DNA from: an uncultured Candidatus Saccharibacteria bacterium
Lineage (GTDB): Bacteria; Patescibacteriota; Minisyncoccia; Phycocordibacterales; PALSA-1337
NCBI GenBank assembly: GCA_964406895.1
Contig: CAYOTK010000003.1
Span: 9,529 to 73,528 of the forward strand
DNA: 64,000 bases
Reading direction: 5' to 3'
Shown: piece after piece, positions 9,215 through 20,341 of the stretch
How positions within the stretch are numbered: position 1 is the first letter of the stretch
How the letters are laid out: each line of letters opens with the position of its first letter
Program-made: the position numbers and the translations under genes
The notes under the pieces: model-generated
The model's input: the letters and a program-made list of their open reading frames with translations, nothing else
Databases searched by the model: none
Told to the model about the DNA's origin: nothing

Positions 9215-12200
9215 ATGGACAGCGACGATAGCTACCCACGCCGAACCAGCGACCATAATGATACCAATAAGTTATCTTTCAAAAAGATAATTTTTCTTTT
9301 AGTTGGCATAATGTTCTTGCCTGGCATAGTTTATTCAGCGACTGGCGAGGTGCAGTTCAGTATTGCTTCTCAATATCAAATTGGTACGGCAGGAAGTTAT
9401 TTCAACAACGGCAATACTATTGCAAAAGTTTTCGATGGTGATTTGACTACTTGGTGGGATGCCAACCAATCATATGCGAATGGTTCAAATGTTGGTCTGG
9501 ATCTTACCGTAAATGCCAAGGTTACAAGAATGAGAGTGGCACCAAGAACTGGTTATACCGTGAGATTATTCGGTGCCGTATTGCAGGGAGCGACGGTAAG
9601 TTCAAGTACAGGACCTTGGACAACAATTTATACGATTCCTAGCTTCCCACCGTTCTATCCTCAGAGGCAACTCAATGAGATCTCTATAGATACTTCAGGA
9701 CAATATTACAGATATTATAGATTGGTGATGCCAAACGGGGCATACGGCTCGCTAGCGGAGATGAGATTGATAGGAGTAGCTTCTAGTACGACGCCATATT
9801 TACCAGTGGCGCCAACAATAAGTCCGATGGGAGGGAGGTTTCATCAACCGATACAAGTCAGTCTAAGTAGTCTGACAACAGACGCAACAATTTACTACAC
9901 AACAGATGGTACGACTCCAACATATAGTGGAGGTTCTCCACAAGGGACAACGCAGTTATATTCAGGACCGTTTATGGTAACAAATACTGCGACGACGACC
10001 GTCAAAGCTATTGCAGTTAGTGCTTCAACATATGTTTCTGAAGTTTCTGATACAGCGTATTTCTATATCAATCCATCATTTTATTCAGGCTGGAATTGGT
10101 ATGACACTTCAGGGCACCTCATAGAATCTCACGATGGCGGAATAAGTTATTTCAATGGTAAGTATTATTGGTACGGAGAAACTCTCAATAATAGTTCTCC
10201 CGAAATTGAGACGTTGGGTGCAACAGTTTATTCCTCGAATGACTTGCTCAATTGGAAATATGAAGGAATGGCATTATACGTCAACAATGCCTATAAACTA
10301 GAAAGACCGCATGTAATATACAATGCGACTTCAAGCACTTATGTTATGTGGGCACACAATGTGACGAATGCAAGAGCCGTCATTGCCACATCCAGTTCAC
10401 CGCTTGGACCATTTACAGCGTCTACTACATCTCAAAATCCAGACGGTATGGGCATGAATGATATGACTTTGTACAAGGATACAGACGGGACGGCATATCT
10501 TATATATACTTCAAGTGATAATACAAAGATGGTTATTTCTCGTTTAACGAGTGACTACGCTACTACTTCAAATACTTACATCACCTCATCAGCGAATGCC
10601 AATCGTAGCGCGCCTGCCGTATTCAAACGCGGTAGCATATATTTCTTGCTCAACTCCGGTCAAAACAGTTGGACAGCTACCGCCAATAAATATTCGACTT
10701 CAACAAGTATGTTGGGTACTTGGTCGACCCTTACAAATCCATTCCAATCAAGTGCAGAAGAAGATTATACTTTGGCCTATCATTCTCAAACCACTGATGT
10801 TCTTACGGTGCAGGGCAGAACAGATGGTTATGTATATATAGGCGACAGATTCGATGGTTCTGCGACCGCCTCGGGTTCTCTTTATAACAGTAGACATGTT
10901 TGGTTACCAATTACATTTCCTTATGCAGGAATGATGTCCATATCTTGGGCAAGTAGCTGGAGTTTGGACAGTGCATTTACTTCAGCGACCCTGCCAACTT
11001 CAGTTTCCAATCTTACAGCGACCAAAAACGGTTTATCAGTCAATCTTTCTTGGACTAACAATGAAACAAATTCATATAGCTTGTATTTGGATAGGGCTAC
11101 TGATAGTGCATTTACTCAAAATTTCATTTCAATATTTGCAAGTACAACTTTGAGTTCGTATACAGATTCAAATATCGTTAATGATACAAAATATTATTAT
11201 CGAATTCGAGTTATCACTGCGGCCGGGGTCAGCACATCATCGACTGTTATCGGTGATTTCTTACTATCTTCAGATACCACGGCTCCACAAGGCGAAATAA
11301 CAGTTCCGAGCAATGGAGCAACTGTGGTAGGCAGAACTGTTACACTTACTGCCTCTTCTTCAGATAATATTCAGGTCAGTTCTGTCCAATTCCAAGTCGA
11401 TAATGTAAACGTGGGTTCTTCCGGTGCAACATCGCCATATTCTATAACTTGGGATTCTACATCTGTATCAGACGGAGATCACACTATTCATGTTGTTGTA
11501 ACAGATAGTTCAGGCAATATCGCTACTTCAAGCGACGTAACTGTTCATGTTGCCAATCAGACTGTTACTGTAACTCCCGATGTCTCTACAATAGTCCAGA
11601 ATACAACCGGCAATACTATTGTTATAACAGGTAATGCGACATCATGGACGCCAGGCACTCCAGGTTCACCAACATTTAGTATAAGTGGGGGAACAGGTAC
11701 AACAATTACTAGTCAGACAGTTTCCAATAGCACAACAGCCACCCTAACTATTTCAGCGGGAAGTGCTGTTGGTACTTTCAAGATAATAGCGCCCGATAGT
11801 AATGCTTCAACAACTATAACTGTTTCGGCGGATACCATCGCACCTTTAGTTAGTATTACAACGCCGTCAGATGGCGCAACTCTTTCTGGATCAACTGTTA
11901 CTCTTACAGCATCGTCATCCGACAATGCAGCGGTTACAAGTGTTCAGTTCAAATTAGACAATGTAAGTATCGGTTCTTCAGGTGCAACATCGCCATATTC
12001 TATTACCTGGAATTCAACATCGGTGTCGGATGGTACCCACACTTTGGTTGCTGTCGTTGCGGACGGAGCAGGGAATATAAGTTCTTCTACAGCTATCAGT
12101 GTAACCATCAACAATTCTGTTGTGGCTTCTGTTTCGACATCAAACGCTTCATCCGTAGATATGTTTTCGGCTGTATTCAATGGTGTTATTTCAAATGATG

Positions 12201-15100
12201 GCGGTGCTAGTTCTACGGTGAAAGGTTTCCAATATGGTCTGACCAGTTCTCTCGGCACGACAATTTCCGAATCAGTTTTGGCAGGGGTCGGTAATTATTC
12301 TACAACCACAACAGGTCTTTCATGCGCCACTACATATTATTATAGATTCTATTCAACAAATCTTTCTGGAACTTCGTATGGTACAACCAAATCATTCACA
12401 ACATTGACTTGTCCTGCAGCCTCAGTATCAGGAGAAATACAATTTAGTACCGCATCGGCATACCAATTCGGTACTTCCGGTAGTTACAATAATAGTGGTA
12501 ACGTCATTTCAAAAGTTTTTGATAATGACGTTACAACATGGTGGGATTCTCAGACTGCAAACGGTGCTTATGCGGGATTGGATCTTAGAGTTCCACAAAT
12601 TGTTACAAGAATGAGAATTGCACCTCGAACTGGTTATACAGTTCGTGTTTATGGAGCCATTTTGCAGGGAGCGACAGTTAGTTCGACAACAGGTCCTTGG
12701 ACAAATATATACACCATACCTAGTTATCCTCCTTACTATGCGCAGAGACAGATGAATGAAATTGCAGTAGATACGGGTGGCAGTTCTTACAGATATTATA
12801 GGATAGTAATGCCTGATGGTACGAATGGTTCTTTGGCTGAATTCAAATTGATCGGTAATGCAGGAACAACGACGCCGTTTATTCCTGTAACTCCAACCAT
12901 AAGTCCAAATGGCGGGCAATATAGTTTGCCCATGAGAATAAGATTGAGTAGTTTGACTACCAACGCTTCGATCTACTATACAACTGATAATACAGTTCCT
13001 GCGGTTTCAAATGGCGTGCCTCAAGGCACTACACAACTTTATTCTGCTCCATTCACACTGAGCGCTTCGTCAACAGTTAGAGCGATAGCGGTGAGCACGC
13101 TCGGTCAAAACACTTTCACTTCAGAAGTTTCAGAACCATCATACTTTTATTTTGATACAGATTTCAAACCAGGCCAGAATTGGTACGATGAAGATGGTCA
13201 TCTCATAGAGTCTCATGATGGAGAAGTAGCATATTTCAATGGCAAGTATTATTGGTATGGACAGATATTCAACGGCAATGATCCTGAGAATGAAGCGGTG
13301 GGTGTTTCCGCTTATTCGTCGAGTGATCTTATTCATTGGAAAGATGAAGGTCCAATCATTTATATGGGTAGATCATATATGCTAGAAAGACCGCATGTTA
13401 TTTACAATGATTCAACACATAAATACGTTTTATGGGGGCATCACGTTATATCGTCAGGACATTCAACGGCTGTCGTTGCATATAACGATAGTCCTACGGG
13501 AGCATTCACTGTTGCAACAAGTTCATACAATCCTGATGGTTTGTATTTGAATGACATGAATCTTTACAAAGACGTAGATGGTCAAGCATATTTGTTATAT
13601 TCGATAGGTACAAATACTCAGTTCGTAATTTCTAGATTGACCTCAGATTATTTGCAAACTTCTGGTACGTATATAACTCCTGCCGTTCTTGCGGGTAGAG
13701 AAGCGCCCGCCATGATATTGAGAAATGGTGTGTATTTCTTATTAACTTCAGGCTTGTCTGGTTGGGCTCCAAATGAGAATAAATATTCAACTTCAACTAG
13801 TGTTATGGGTACTTGGTCATCTCTAGTAGATCCATTTCAAACAAGTGTTTTGGAGGATAGACTGACAGCATATCATTCTCAGACTACTGATATACAACAT
13901 GTACCAGGAAGAGGAGATGCTTATATTTATATTGGTGACAGATTCGATTATTCAAACACTTTGGCCGGCTCGCTTTATTATTCAAGGCATATATGGTTGC
14001 CCATGACATTCCCGACCAATAATACTATGTCTATAACGTGGGAACCGACTTGGAATCTAGACACTGTTTTCCCAACTGTTTATCCGCCTACAGCACTGAG
14101 CAATTTCACAGTTAGTAGAAGTGGCACCTCCGCAGACCTTTCTTGGACCAACAATGCCACGACATCTCACATGATATATGTAGATAGGGCAACTGATCAA
14201 AATTTCACTTCAAACGTAGTATCTGATCTTCGTCCCGAAGGTGCGACAACATTTACAGATTCATATTTATCATTGGGCACAGATTATTATTACAGAGTTC
14301 GTATAGTTAATGCAGACGGAACGAATTATTCAAGTACAGTTTCTACTATTGTAGTTGATAGTACGGCTCCAACACTTTCCTTGGCGTCTCCCTCTGGTAC
14401 TTTATCTATAAATACTACAAGTACATCTCTCAGTATTCAGACAAGTGAAAATGCTACATGTAAATATTCAACAATTTCCAATATTACATACTTGAGCATG
14501 ACCGCCTTCGACAACACAGGAGCTACCACGCACACGACAAATGTCAGTGGTTTGAGTAATGGTTCAACTTACAATTATTACGTCAAATGCGCAGACAGTT
14601 CGAATAATATAAGTGATCAAGCAACTATTACTTTCTCTGTGGCAAGTGAGACAGCGCCAACGCCTACACCGACCTCAGCATATGATCAGTCAGCCCATAC
14701 TTCATACGGTTCTTTTAATCTATATTATTACAACAAATATGTTGTACCAAACTTGCCACAAAATATTAAATCCAAGACAACTTCTAATAATCAGAAAAAT
14801 AATAATGTTTCAAGTTTCACTTCATTCAAGACAGAAATTAAAATGGGTTCTATAACAGAAGATGTTAGGGAATTGCAGAGGTTCCTGAATAAAAATGGTT
14901 TTCCAGTTGCGAAGACGGGCCCTGGATCCCCAGGCAAGGAAACAAATGTTTTCTCTACAGGAACTCAAGCAGCACTTATGAAATTCCAGGAAAAATACAA
15001 AAAACAGATTCTGGTTCCTGCTGGTCTCAATAAACCAAATGGTGTATTGGGTCCAAATACTAGGAAGCTCATTAATTCTATGAATGGAAAAAATAACTAG
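9215..15100 (+). CDS. giant secreted/cell-surface protein (1961 aa) with a tandem-duplicated module
   Basis: Each module reads, in order: F5/8-type-C (discoidin) domain with the TTWWD motif; CHB_HEX_C-like Ig domain (IYYTTDGT); GH43-like five-bladed beta-propeller (YKDTDG, S.DL..W, EAPA...YFLLTSG); FN3; Big/Ig domains. The C-terminus carries a PG_binding_1-type peptidoglycan-binding domain (LQRFLNKNGF...GPGSPG...QAALMKFQEKY). N-terminal signal/TM. Confidence 0.85.
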   Translation: MDSDDSYPRRTSDHNDTNKLSFKKIIFLLVGIMFLPGIVYSATGEVQFSIASQYQIGTAGSYFNNGNTIAKVFDGDLTTWWDANQSYANGSNVGLDLTVNAKVTRMRVAPRTGYTVRLFGAVLQGATVSSSTGPWTTIYTIPSFPPFYPQRQLNEISIDTSGQYYRYYRLVMPNGAYGSLAEMRLIGVASSTTPYLPVAPTISPMGGRFHQPIQVSLSSLTTDATIYYTTDGTTPTYSGGSPQGTTQLYSGPFMVTNTATTTVKAIAVSASTYVSEVSDTAYFYINPSFYSGWNWYDTSGHLIESHDGGISYFNGKYYWYGETLNNSSPEIETLGATVYSSNDLLNWKYEGMALYVNNAYKLERPHVIYNATSSTYVMWAHNVTNARAVIATSSSPLGPFTASTTSQNPDGMGMNDMTLYKDTDGTAYLIYTSSDNTKMVISRLTSDYATTSNTYITSSANANRSAPAVFKRGSIYFLLNSGQNSWTATANKYSTSTSMLGTWSTLTNPFQSSAEEDYTLAYHSQTTDVLTVQGRTDGYVYIGDRFDGSATASGSLYNSRHVWLPITFPYAGMMSISWASSWSLDSAFTSATLPTSVSNLTATKNGLSVNLSWTNNETNSYSLYLDRATDSAFTQNFISIFASTTLSSYTDSNIVNDTKYYYRIRVITAAGVSTSSTVIGDFLLSSDTTAPQGEITVPSNGATVVGRTVTLTASSSDNIQVSSVQFQVDNVNVGSSGATSPYSITWDSTSVSDGDHTIHVVVTDSSGNIATSSDVTVHVANQTVTVTPDVSTIVQNTTGNTIVITGNATSWTPGTPGSPTFSISGGTGTTITSQTVSNSTTATLTISAGSAVGTFKIIAPDSNASTTITVSADTIAPLVSITTPSDGATLSGSTVTLTASSSDNAAVTSVQFKLDNVSIGSSGATSPYSITWNSTSVSDGTHTLVAVVADGAGNISSSTAISVTINNSVVASVSTSNASSVDMFSAVFNGVISNDGGASSTVKGFQYGLTSSLGTTISESVLAGVGNYSTTTTGLSCATTYYYRFYSTNLSGTSYGTTKSFTTLTCPAASVSGEIQFSTASAYQFGTSGSYNNSGNVISKVFDNDVTTWWDSQTANGAYAGLDLRVPQIVTRMRIAPRTGYTVRVYGAILQGATVSSTTGPWTNIYTIPSYPPYYAQRQMNEIAVDTGGSSYRYYRIVMPDGTNGSLAEFKLIGNAGTTTPFIPVTPTISPNGGQYSLPMRIRLSSLTTNASIYYTTDNTVPAVSNGVPQGTTQLYSAPFTLSASSTVRAIAVSTLGQNTFTSEVSEPSYFYFDTDFKPGQNWYDEDGHLIESHDGEVAYFNGKYYWYGQIFNGNDPENEAVGVSAYSSSDLIHWKDEGPIIYMGRSYMLERPHVIYNDSTHKYVLWGHHVISSGHSTAVVAYNDSPTGAFTVATSSYNPDGLYLNDMNLYKDVDGQAYLLYSIGTNTQFVISRLTSDYLQTSGTYITPAVLAGREAPAMILRNGVYFLLTSGLSGWAPNENKYSTSTSVMGTWSSLVDPFQTSVLEDRLTAYHSQTTDIQHVPGRGDAYIYIGDRFDYSNTLAGSLYYSRHIWLPMTFPTNNTMSITWEPTWNLDTVFPTVYPPTALSNFTVSRSGTSADLSWTNNATTSHMIYVDRATDQNFTSNVVSDLRPEGATTFTDSYLSLGTDYYYRVRIVNADGTNYSSTVSTIVVDSTAPTLSLASPSGTLSINTTSTSLSIQTSENATCKYSTISNITYLSMTAFDNTGATTHTTNVSGLSNGSTYNYYVKCADSSNNISDQATITFSVASETAPTPTPTSAYDQSAHTSYGSFNLYYYNKYVVPNLPQNIKSKTTSNNQKNNNVSSFTSFKTEIKMGSITEDVRELQRFLNKNGFPVAKTGPGSPGKETNVFSTGTQAALMKFQEKYKKQILVPAGLNKPNGVLGPNTRKLINSMNGKNN

Positions 15101-15119
15101 ATTTTGCTAATATTCTCGT

Positions 15120-17273
15120 ATGGACAAGAAATTCCTGAAACCGTACGATCCCGCAAATACTGAAGCTAATATCTATGCCAAATGGGAGGAAAGCGGTTTT
15201 TTCAACCCAGACAAATTGCCGGGAGACAGAAAGCAAACTTTCACAATCATGTTGCCCCCACCGAACGCAACAGGTATTTTGCATTTAGGGCACGCTCTCG
15301 AAAGTGCAATACAAGACATTGCAACAAGATATTCACGCATGAAAGGCAAGAAATCCCTATGGCTTCCAGGAACTGATCATGCAGCCATAGCCACCAATAC
15401 AAAAGTCGAGAAAGAAATGATCAAAGCCGAAGGTAAGAATCGTCATGACATAGGTCGTGAGGCTTTCATAGAAAGAGTCGAGAATTATGTCGCTGGCAGT
15501 CGTGGCACAATTCAGAAACAAATCCGCAGACTTGGTGCCTCTTGTGATTGGAGTAGGGAAGCTTTTACCTTCGATGACAAGCGCAATTTCGCTGTCAACA
15601 CTGCATTCAAAGAAATGTATGATGCAGGACTTATATATCGCGGTTTCAAAGTTATCAATTGGGATCCGAAAGGTCAAACAACCGTGTCAGACGATGAGGT
15701 TAACTACAAAGCAGAAAAGGGCAGACTGTACACATTCAAATACAGTAAGGATTTTCCTATTGCAATTGCAACAACAAGACCAGAAACCAAAGTTGGTGAT
15801 ACGGCGGTTGCTGTTCATCCTGATGACGAAAGATACAAAAATTATATAGGCAAAGAATTCAAAGGCATTTCTTTCGCGGGTGCCACTTTGAATATCAAAA
15901 TAATTTCAGACGAGAATATTGATCCGCTTTTCGGCACGGGCGCGGTCGGAGTTACACCAGCTCATAGTTTGGTGGACGCGGATATGGCACAGAAGAACAA
16001 TTTACCAATGATTCAGGTCACAGATGAATATGCTCGCATGAATGAGAATGCTGGTCCAATTGTTTCTGGCAAGAAAACAAAAGAAGCAAGAGATATTATT
16101 GTTGCTTGGCTCAAAGAAAATAATTTGCTTCTGGAAGAAAAAGAAATAGACATGAATATTTCTGTGGCCGAGAGAAGCGGCGGCGTTATAGAGCCTATGC
16201 CAAAATTGCAGTGGTTCGTCAATGTCAATCATCCTATAGCCAAAAGAGGCGGCAAAACTCTCAAACAACTTATGCAGGAACCTGTCCTGAGTGGTGATAT
16301 CAAAATCATGCCTGATCGATTCGAGAAAATATACTTTCATTGGATATCCAATCTTCGTGACTGGTGTATTAGTAGGCAGCTATGGTATGGGCACAGAATT
16401 CCTGTTTGGTATAAAGACAAAGAAATATACTGTGGCACAGTGGCTCCGGAAGATTCCGGCTGGAAGCAAGACGAGGACACGCTAGATACGTGGTTTTCTT
16501 CAGCTTTGTGGACTTTTTCTACATTAGGCTGGCCTGAACAAACCAAAGATCTCAAAACTTTCCATCCAACAGATCTTATGGCTCCAGGTTATGAAATTCT
16601 ATTTTTCTGGGTTGCAAGAATGATATTAATGTCTCAATTTCTTGTCGGTGAGATTCCATTCAGGACTGTATATCTACACGGAATATTGCGTGACAAAAAA
16701 GGCCAGAAATTCAGCAAGTCTCTCGGAAATGGAATAGATCCCATAGAAATTATCAACAAATATGGTGCAGATGCGCTCCGTATGTCTCTTGTTGTTGGTA
16801 TTGGTCCAGGGAATGACGCCAACTTTGATGAAAACAAAGTCAAATCATACAAAAATTTCGCCAACAAACTCTGGAACATTACTCGATTCGTTTTGTCGAG
16901 CACGGAAGATGTGAGTGTAGATAGAGCATTTGATAGTTATTCATCTGTTGATACAGAGATTTGGAAGACATGGCGAGATTCTTTGAAGGATATTATCACT
17001 GACATGGACAACCTCAGATATTACCTTGCTGCAGAAAAACTCTATCATTATGCTTGGCATACTTTTGCTGACATAATTCTCGAACAAAGTAAGGAAATAT
17101 TACTAAATGGTCAAGAATATGACAAAGTTTCCCGTAAGAATTTATTGCTCAATATTTTGAGTGAGATACTTATTTGTTTGCACCCATTCATGCCTTTTGT
17201 TACAGAAGAAATATGGTCTTCAATGCCGATTAATGATAAGAAGATGCTCATCATCGAATCTTGGCCAATATAA
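15120..17273 (+). CDS. valS: valyl-tRNA synthetase (short, 717 aa)
   Basis: The PPPNATGILHLGHA HIGH region is characteristic of ValRS, with KFSKS as the KMSKS motif. It lacks the long C-terminal coiled-coil extension. Confidence 0.8.
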   Translation: MDKKFLKPYDPANTEANIYAKWEESGFFNPDKLPGDRKQTFTIMLPPPNATGILHLGHALESAIQDIATRYSRMKGKKSLWLPGTDHAAIATNTKVEKEMIKAEGKNRHDIGREAFIERVENYVAGSRGTIQKQIRRLGASCDWSREAFTFDDKRNFAVNTAFKEMYDAGLIYRGFKVINWDPKGQTTVSDDEVNYKAEKGRLYTFKYSKDFPIAIATTRPETKVGDTAVAVHPDDERYKNYIGKEFKGISFAGATLNIKIISDENIDPLFGTGAVGVTPAHSLVDADMAQKNNLPMIQVTDEYARMNENAGPIVSGKKTKEARDIIVAWLKENNLLLEEKEIDMNISVAERSGGVIEPMPKLQWFVNVNHPIAKRGGKTLKQLMQEPVLSGDIKIMPDRFEKIYFHWISNLRDWCISRQLWYGHRIPVWYKDKEIYCGTVAPEDSGWKQDEDTLDTWFSSALWTFSTLGWPEQTKDLKTFHPTDLMAPGYEILFFWVARMILMSQFLVGEIPFRTVYLHGILRDKKGQKFSKSLGNGIDPIEIINKYGADALRMSLVVGIGPGNDANFDENKVKSYKNFANKLWNITRFVLSSTEDVSVDRAFDSYSSVDTEIWKTWRDSLKDIITDMDNLRYYLAAEKLYHYAWHTFADIILEQSKEILLNGQEYDKVSRKNLLLNILSEILICLHPFMPFVTEEIWSSMPINDKKMLIIESWPI

Positions 17274-17274
17274 A

Positions 17275-17943
17275 ATGTTTAATAAGGAAAAGCTCATCAC
17301 GAAATTCGTCAGAATTACGCAGTTTGCGACATGGCCAATATTATATCCGCTCTTTCATGTTATGTTTCGTATAGAAATTATCAATCGTCACAAAATTGAT
17401 AATATATCAAGACCTTTTATTATTGTCGCCAATCATACCAATTTCTACGATAGTTTTATCTTCAGAATTGTTTTTGGTTTCAAATATTTGCCACTTAGAT
17501 TCATGGCTGTTACAAAGTTTGATTGGGATTTCCTGAACAAATTGGCTCATTGTGGAATTATCAATTTTATATACTCATTATTTGGAGTTTTTACGGTCAC
17601 TCCAGGTCTTGGTATTGAGAAAAATCTTATTCGTCCCATAAACATTATCCGAAATGGTGGCAATGTTCTCATATACCCTGAGGGTCGTATTATTCATTCA
17701 GAGCACATTGGTCCATTCAAGAAGGGTGCTGTTGTTCTTGCTCAGAAAACTGGTAGAGATATTTTGCCTATATGTATGAAATTTACCAAAACCAATTCAT
17801 ATCGTAAGCATTTGAAAATAATTATTTTGAAGAAATTCAGATGTCCAGCTCACAAATCTTCTGATGTTTTGACCAATGAACTAAGAGATATTATTGTGGC
17901 AGTGAATGATGCTTCCGAGAGTCATTCAGGAAGGGAAGTGTGA
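17275..17943 (+). CDS. 1-acyl-sn-glycerol-3-phosphate acyltransferase family (PlsC-like)
   Basis: ANHTNFYD (HX4D) and YPEGR motifs. Start set at the internal ATG at 17275, just after the valS stop. Confidence 0.7.
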   Translation: MFNKEKLITKFVRITQFATWPILYPLFHVMFRIEIINRHKIDNISRPFIIVANHTNFYDSFIFRIVFGFKYLPLRFMAVTKFDWDFLNKLAHCGIINFIYSLFGVFTVTPGLGIEKNLIRPINIIRNGGNVLIYPEGRIIHSEHIGPFKKGAVVLAQKTGRDILPICMKFTKTNSYRKHLKIIILKKFRCPAHKSSDVLTNELRDIIVAVNDASESHSGREV

Positions 17944-19603
17944 CTGTTACAGTTGCGCCCATATTTTCTCCAGGGGATTCGATCGTGATTTCCCCTCTAT
18001 GCGCACGAACTATTGCACGAGCCACTGACAGGCCTATGCCCATGCCGATTGGGTGAGTATCTTGAGCCTTTTTGCTCCTATAGAATAGTCGAGTAAATAA
18101 ATTATTTCTTTCTTCTTTTGTAATACCCACGCCCGTGTTTTCTACGAATACTTGGAGGACTTCACTCTCATGGCCGTGCATATTTTTCACTGATCTTTCT
18201 GTAGAGATTTTTATTTCGCCGTCTTTTCTGTTGTAACGTATAGCATTTTCTATGATTATCAATACGACTTCATGGATTTTGCTTATATCAACGTCTATTT
18301 CAGGCCAGTTTCTATCGTCTTTTGGATAAGTAATATTTATATTCATATTTCCTATATCGATTTTGAGCTCGCTCAATACTTGTTCCAGAATAGTCTTCAT
18401 GTTCGCTCTTGATATTTCGAGGATTTCTGAGCCGGTCCTAATAGCTGTAATATTCAGGAAATCATCCACCAACCTAAGTAATCTCCGCGTGCAAATGTCT
18501 ATATTACGTATCGAAGTCATTGCTTCTTCATTGATCGCGCCCCGTTCGCCCTTCATAAGTGCTTCTGTTTCCCAACGAATACTGGTAACTGGTGTGCGCA
18601 AATTATGCTGTGTAATCATAATGAACTGATCTTTCGTCTCATTGAGTTTTTCCAATTCTCGCCTGACGCCTTTTTCCATCTCAAACGCCTTCTTCACTTC
18701 CGCTGTTTGCTCCGCGACCTTCTGTTCCAGGGTGAGGTTGAGGATGCGGAGGGATTCTTGTTGATTGACTTCATGAATAATACTTTTAAATAGATACAAA
18801 GAAAAAATTATAAATAATATTAAGGTAGCAATCTTAAGCAAAACATTTGAGTTAATATCTGTAAAAATATTTATGAAGAATAATAGCGTCATACCGACAG
18901 CGAGTAGTTCAGCAATTACTGCCTTAACGTCCATTTGTTTATATTTGATTATGGAATATGAAATAATTGGAATCCATATTATTTCCGAAGCCGCCCCCAG
19001 CCAATTTAATTTGAAGTATCCGAGCCTAGGTAAAATTATACACATAATTGTTGCTGGTATTGAACCTGTTACGATGGTTAGTAACATGAATTTAATATTT
19101 GATCTGATTTTAATATCTATATTTCGGATTAATTTTTTTAGTAATATCAAGATTCCAAACACGAAGCAGAAGCCAAATATAAATTCAAACACAAATGAAA
19201 TTGGCCCAAAATCCCATCTCCAGTAGCCGGTGGTACTTAGATTGACCGTTGATATTATGCCTTCAGTAAATATAAAAATAATGCCGAGAGCCACTGATAA
19301 CAGAGTAAGGATATTTTGATATATTTTATTTACGTTATGGTTTTCTGGATAAGACAGAAAAAATATTAGAAAACTAATTGCAATTATATCGCCCATAAGG
19401 TAATTAATTCTTGCCACGTATAATGCAAGTTCTGCTGATCTCGTAGATGTTAAAATTGCAACACCAGCAATCCAGATTGATACCCAGAATATGCTATTTG
19501 AAAAAGCTTTGGAGGATATCTTGTCACTACCTAATCTTATAATAAGAGCCAAGCTAAATATAATTGAAGCCACGATCCACACAATTAGTGAAATATTAAC
19601 CAT
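17891..19603 (-). CDS. sensor histidine kinase with a multi-TM N-terminus
   Basis: 570 aa with at least 8 predicted TM helices. HisKA H-box ITQHNLRTPVTSI and HATPase_c N/G boxes. Confidence 0.8.
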   Translation of the reverse strand: MVNISLIVWIVASIIFSLALIIRLGSDKISSKAFSNSIFWVSIWIAGVAILTSTRSAELALYVARINYLMGDIIAISFLIFFLSYPENHNVNKIYQNILTLLSVALGIIFIFTEGIISTVNLSTTGYWRWDFGPISFVFEFIFGFCFVFGILILLKKLIRNIDIKIRSNIKFMLLTIVTGSIPATIMCIILPRLGYFKLNWLGAASEIIWIPIISYSIIKYKQMDVKAVIAELLAVGMTLLFFINIFTDINSNVLLKIATLILFIIFSLYLFKSIIHEVNQQESLRILNLTLEQKVAEQTAEVKKAFEMEKGVRRELEKLNETKDQFIMITQHNLRTPVTSIRWETEALMKGERGAINEEAMTSIRNIDICTRRLLRLVDDFLNITAIRTGSEILEISRANMKTILEQVLSELKIDIGNMNINITYPKDDRNWPEIDVDISKIHEVVLIIIENAIRYNRKDGEIKISTERSVKNMHGHESEVLQVFVENTGVGITKEERNNLFTRLFYRSKKAQDTHPIGMGIGLSVARAIVRAHRGEITIESPGENMGATVTVTLPFLNDSRKHHSLPQ

Positions 19604-19645
19604 GTTTGATATATTATCTGGTGTATAATTAAAATCAAGTAATAA

Positions 19646-20341
19646 ATGACTTTAAGAAACAAATTTCGTATATTTCAATCTGATCATATTTTTATAGCCT
19701 TTACATATTTGATTTTAAGAAAGGTTATTGGAATTTTGATACGATTGTTTTTTGTTAAATCTGTTAATGGTTTACAAAACATTTCTTTGCACGGCAGTTC
19801 AATAATTGTATTCAATCATCAGAGTTATATGGATTTCTTGTGTTTTGCATCTGTAGCTCCAAGGAATATACACTTCTTATCCGCTGAAAAATTCTTTGAA
19901 CACAAATTATGGAGAATACTGATGGTATTAACCGGGCAAATTAAAGTAGATCGCTTTTTGCATGATAAGAGTGTTAGTTATAAAGCAGTTGCTGATCATG
20001 TCAATAAGGGTAAGGTGATTGGTATATTTCCAGAAGGCACTCGTTCACCGCACGAAAATCATATGCTTAAGTTTTACACTGGTGCAGTAAGATTTGCATT
20101 ACATCACAAGGTGCCTATTATTCCAGTTGGAATTGTTGGAACTTTTAAAGTCTGGCCTAAACATTTAAAATTTCCTAAAATAAAAAAAATTGTAGAAATA
20201 AATATTGGCAAACCGATGACTTTCTTTGAACATTATGGCAAACAAGAAGATGATGAATTATGTTCAAATATAATGAAAAAAGTGATAAGAGAAATTGAGT
20301 TATTGTCTGGTAAGAAATATCAATATTATGAAAACAAATAA
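19646..20341 (+). CDS. lysophospholipid acyltransferase (PlsC family)
   Basis: NHQSYMD (HX4D) and FPEGTRS motifs. Confidence 0.7.
   Translation: MTLRNKFRIFQSDHIFIAFTYLILRKVIGILIRLFFVKSVNGLQNISLHGSSIIVFNHQSYMDFLCFASVAPRNIHFLSAEKFFEHKLWRILMVLTGQIKVDRFLHDKSVSYKAVADHVNKGKVIGIFPEGTRSPHENHMLKFYTGAVRFALHHKVPIIPVGIVGTFKVWPKHLKFPKIKKIVEINIGKPMTFFEHYGKQEDDELCSNIMKKVIREIELLSGKKYQYYENK

Noticed and set aside
15078-15376. Small ORFs 15078-15284 (-) and 15182-15376 (+) overlapping the valS start
   Set aside because: They overlap the strongly supported valS CDS. No independent signals.
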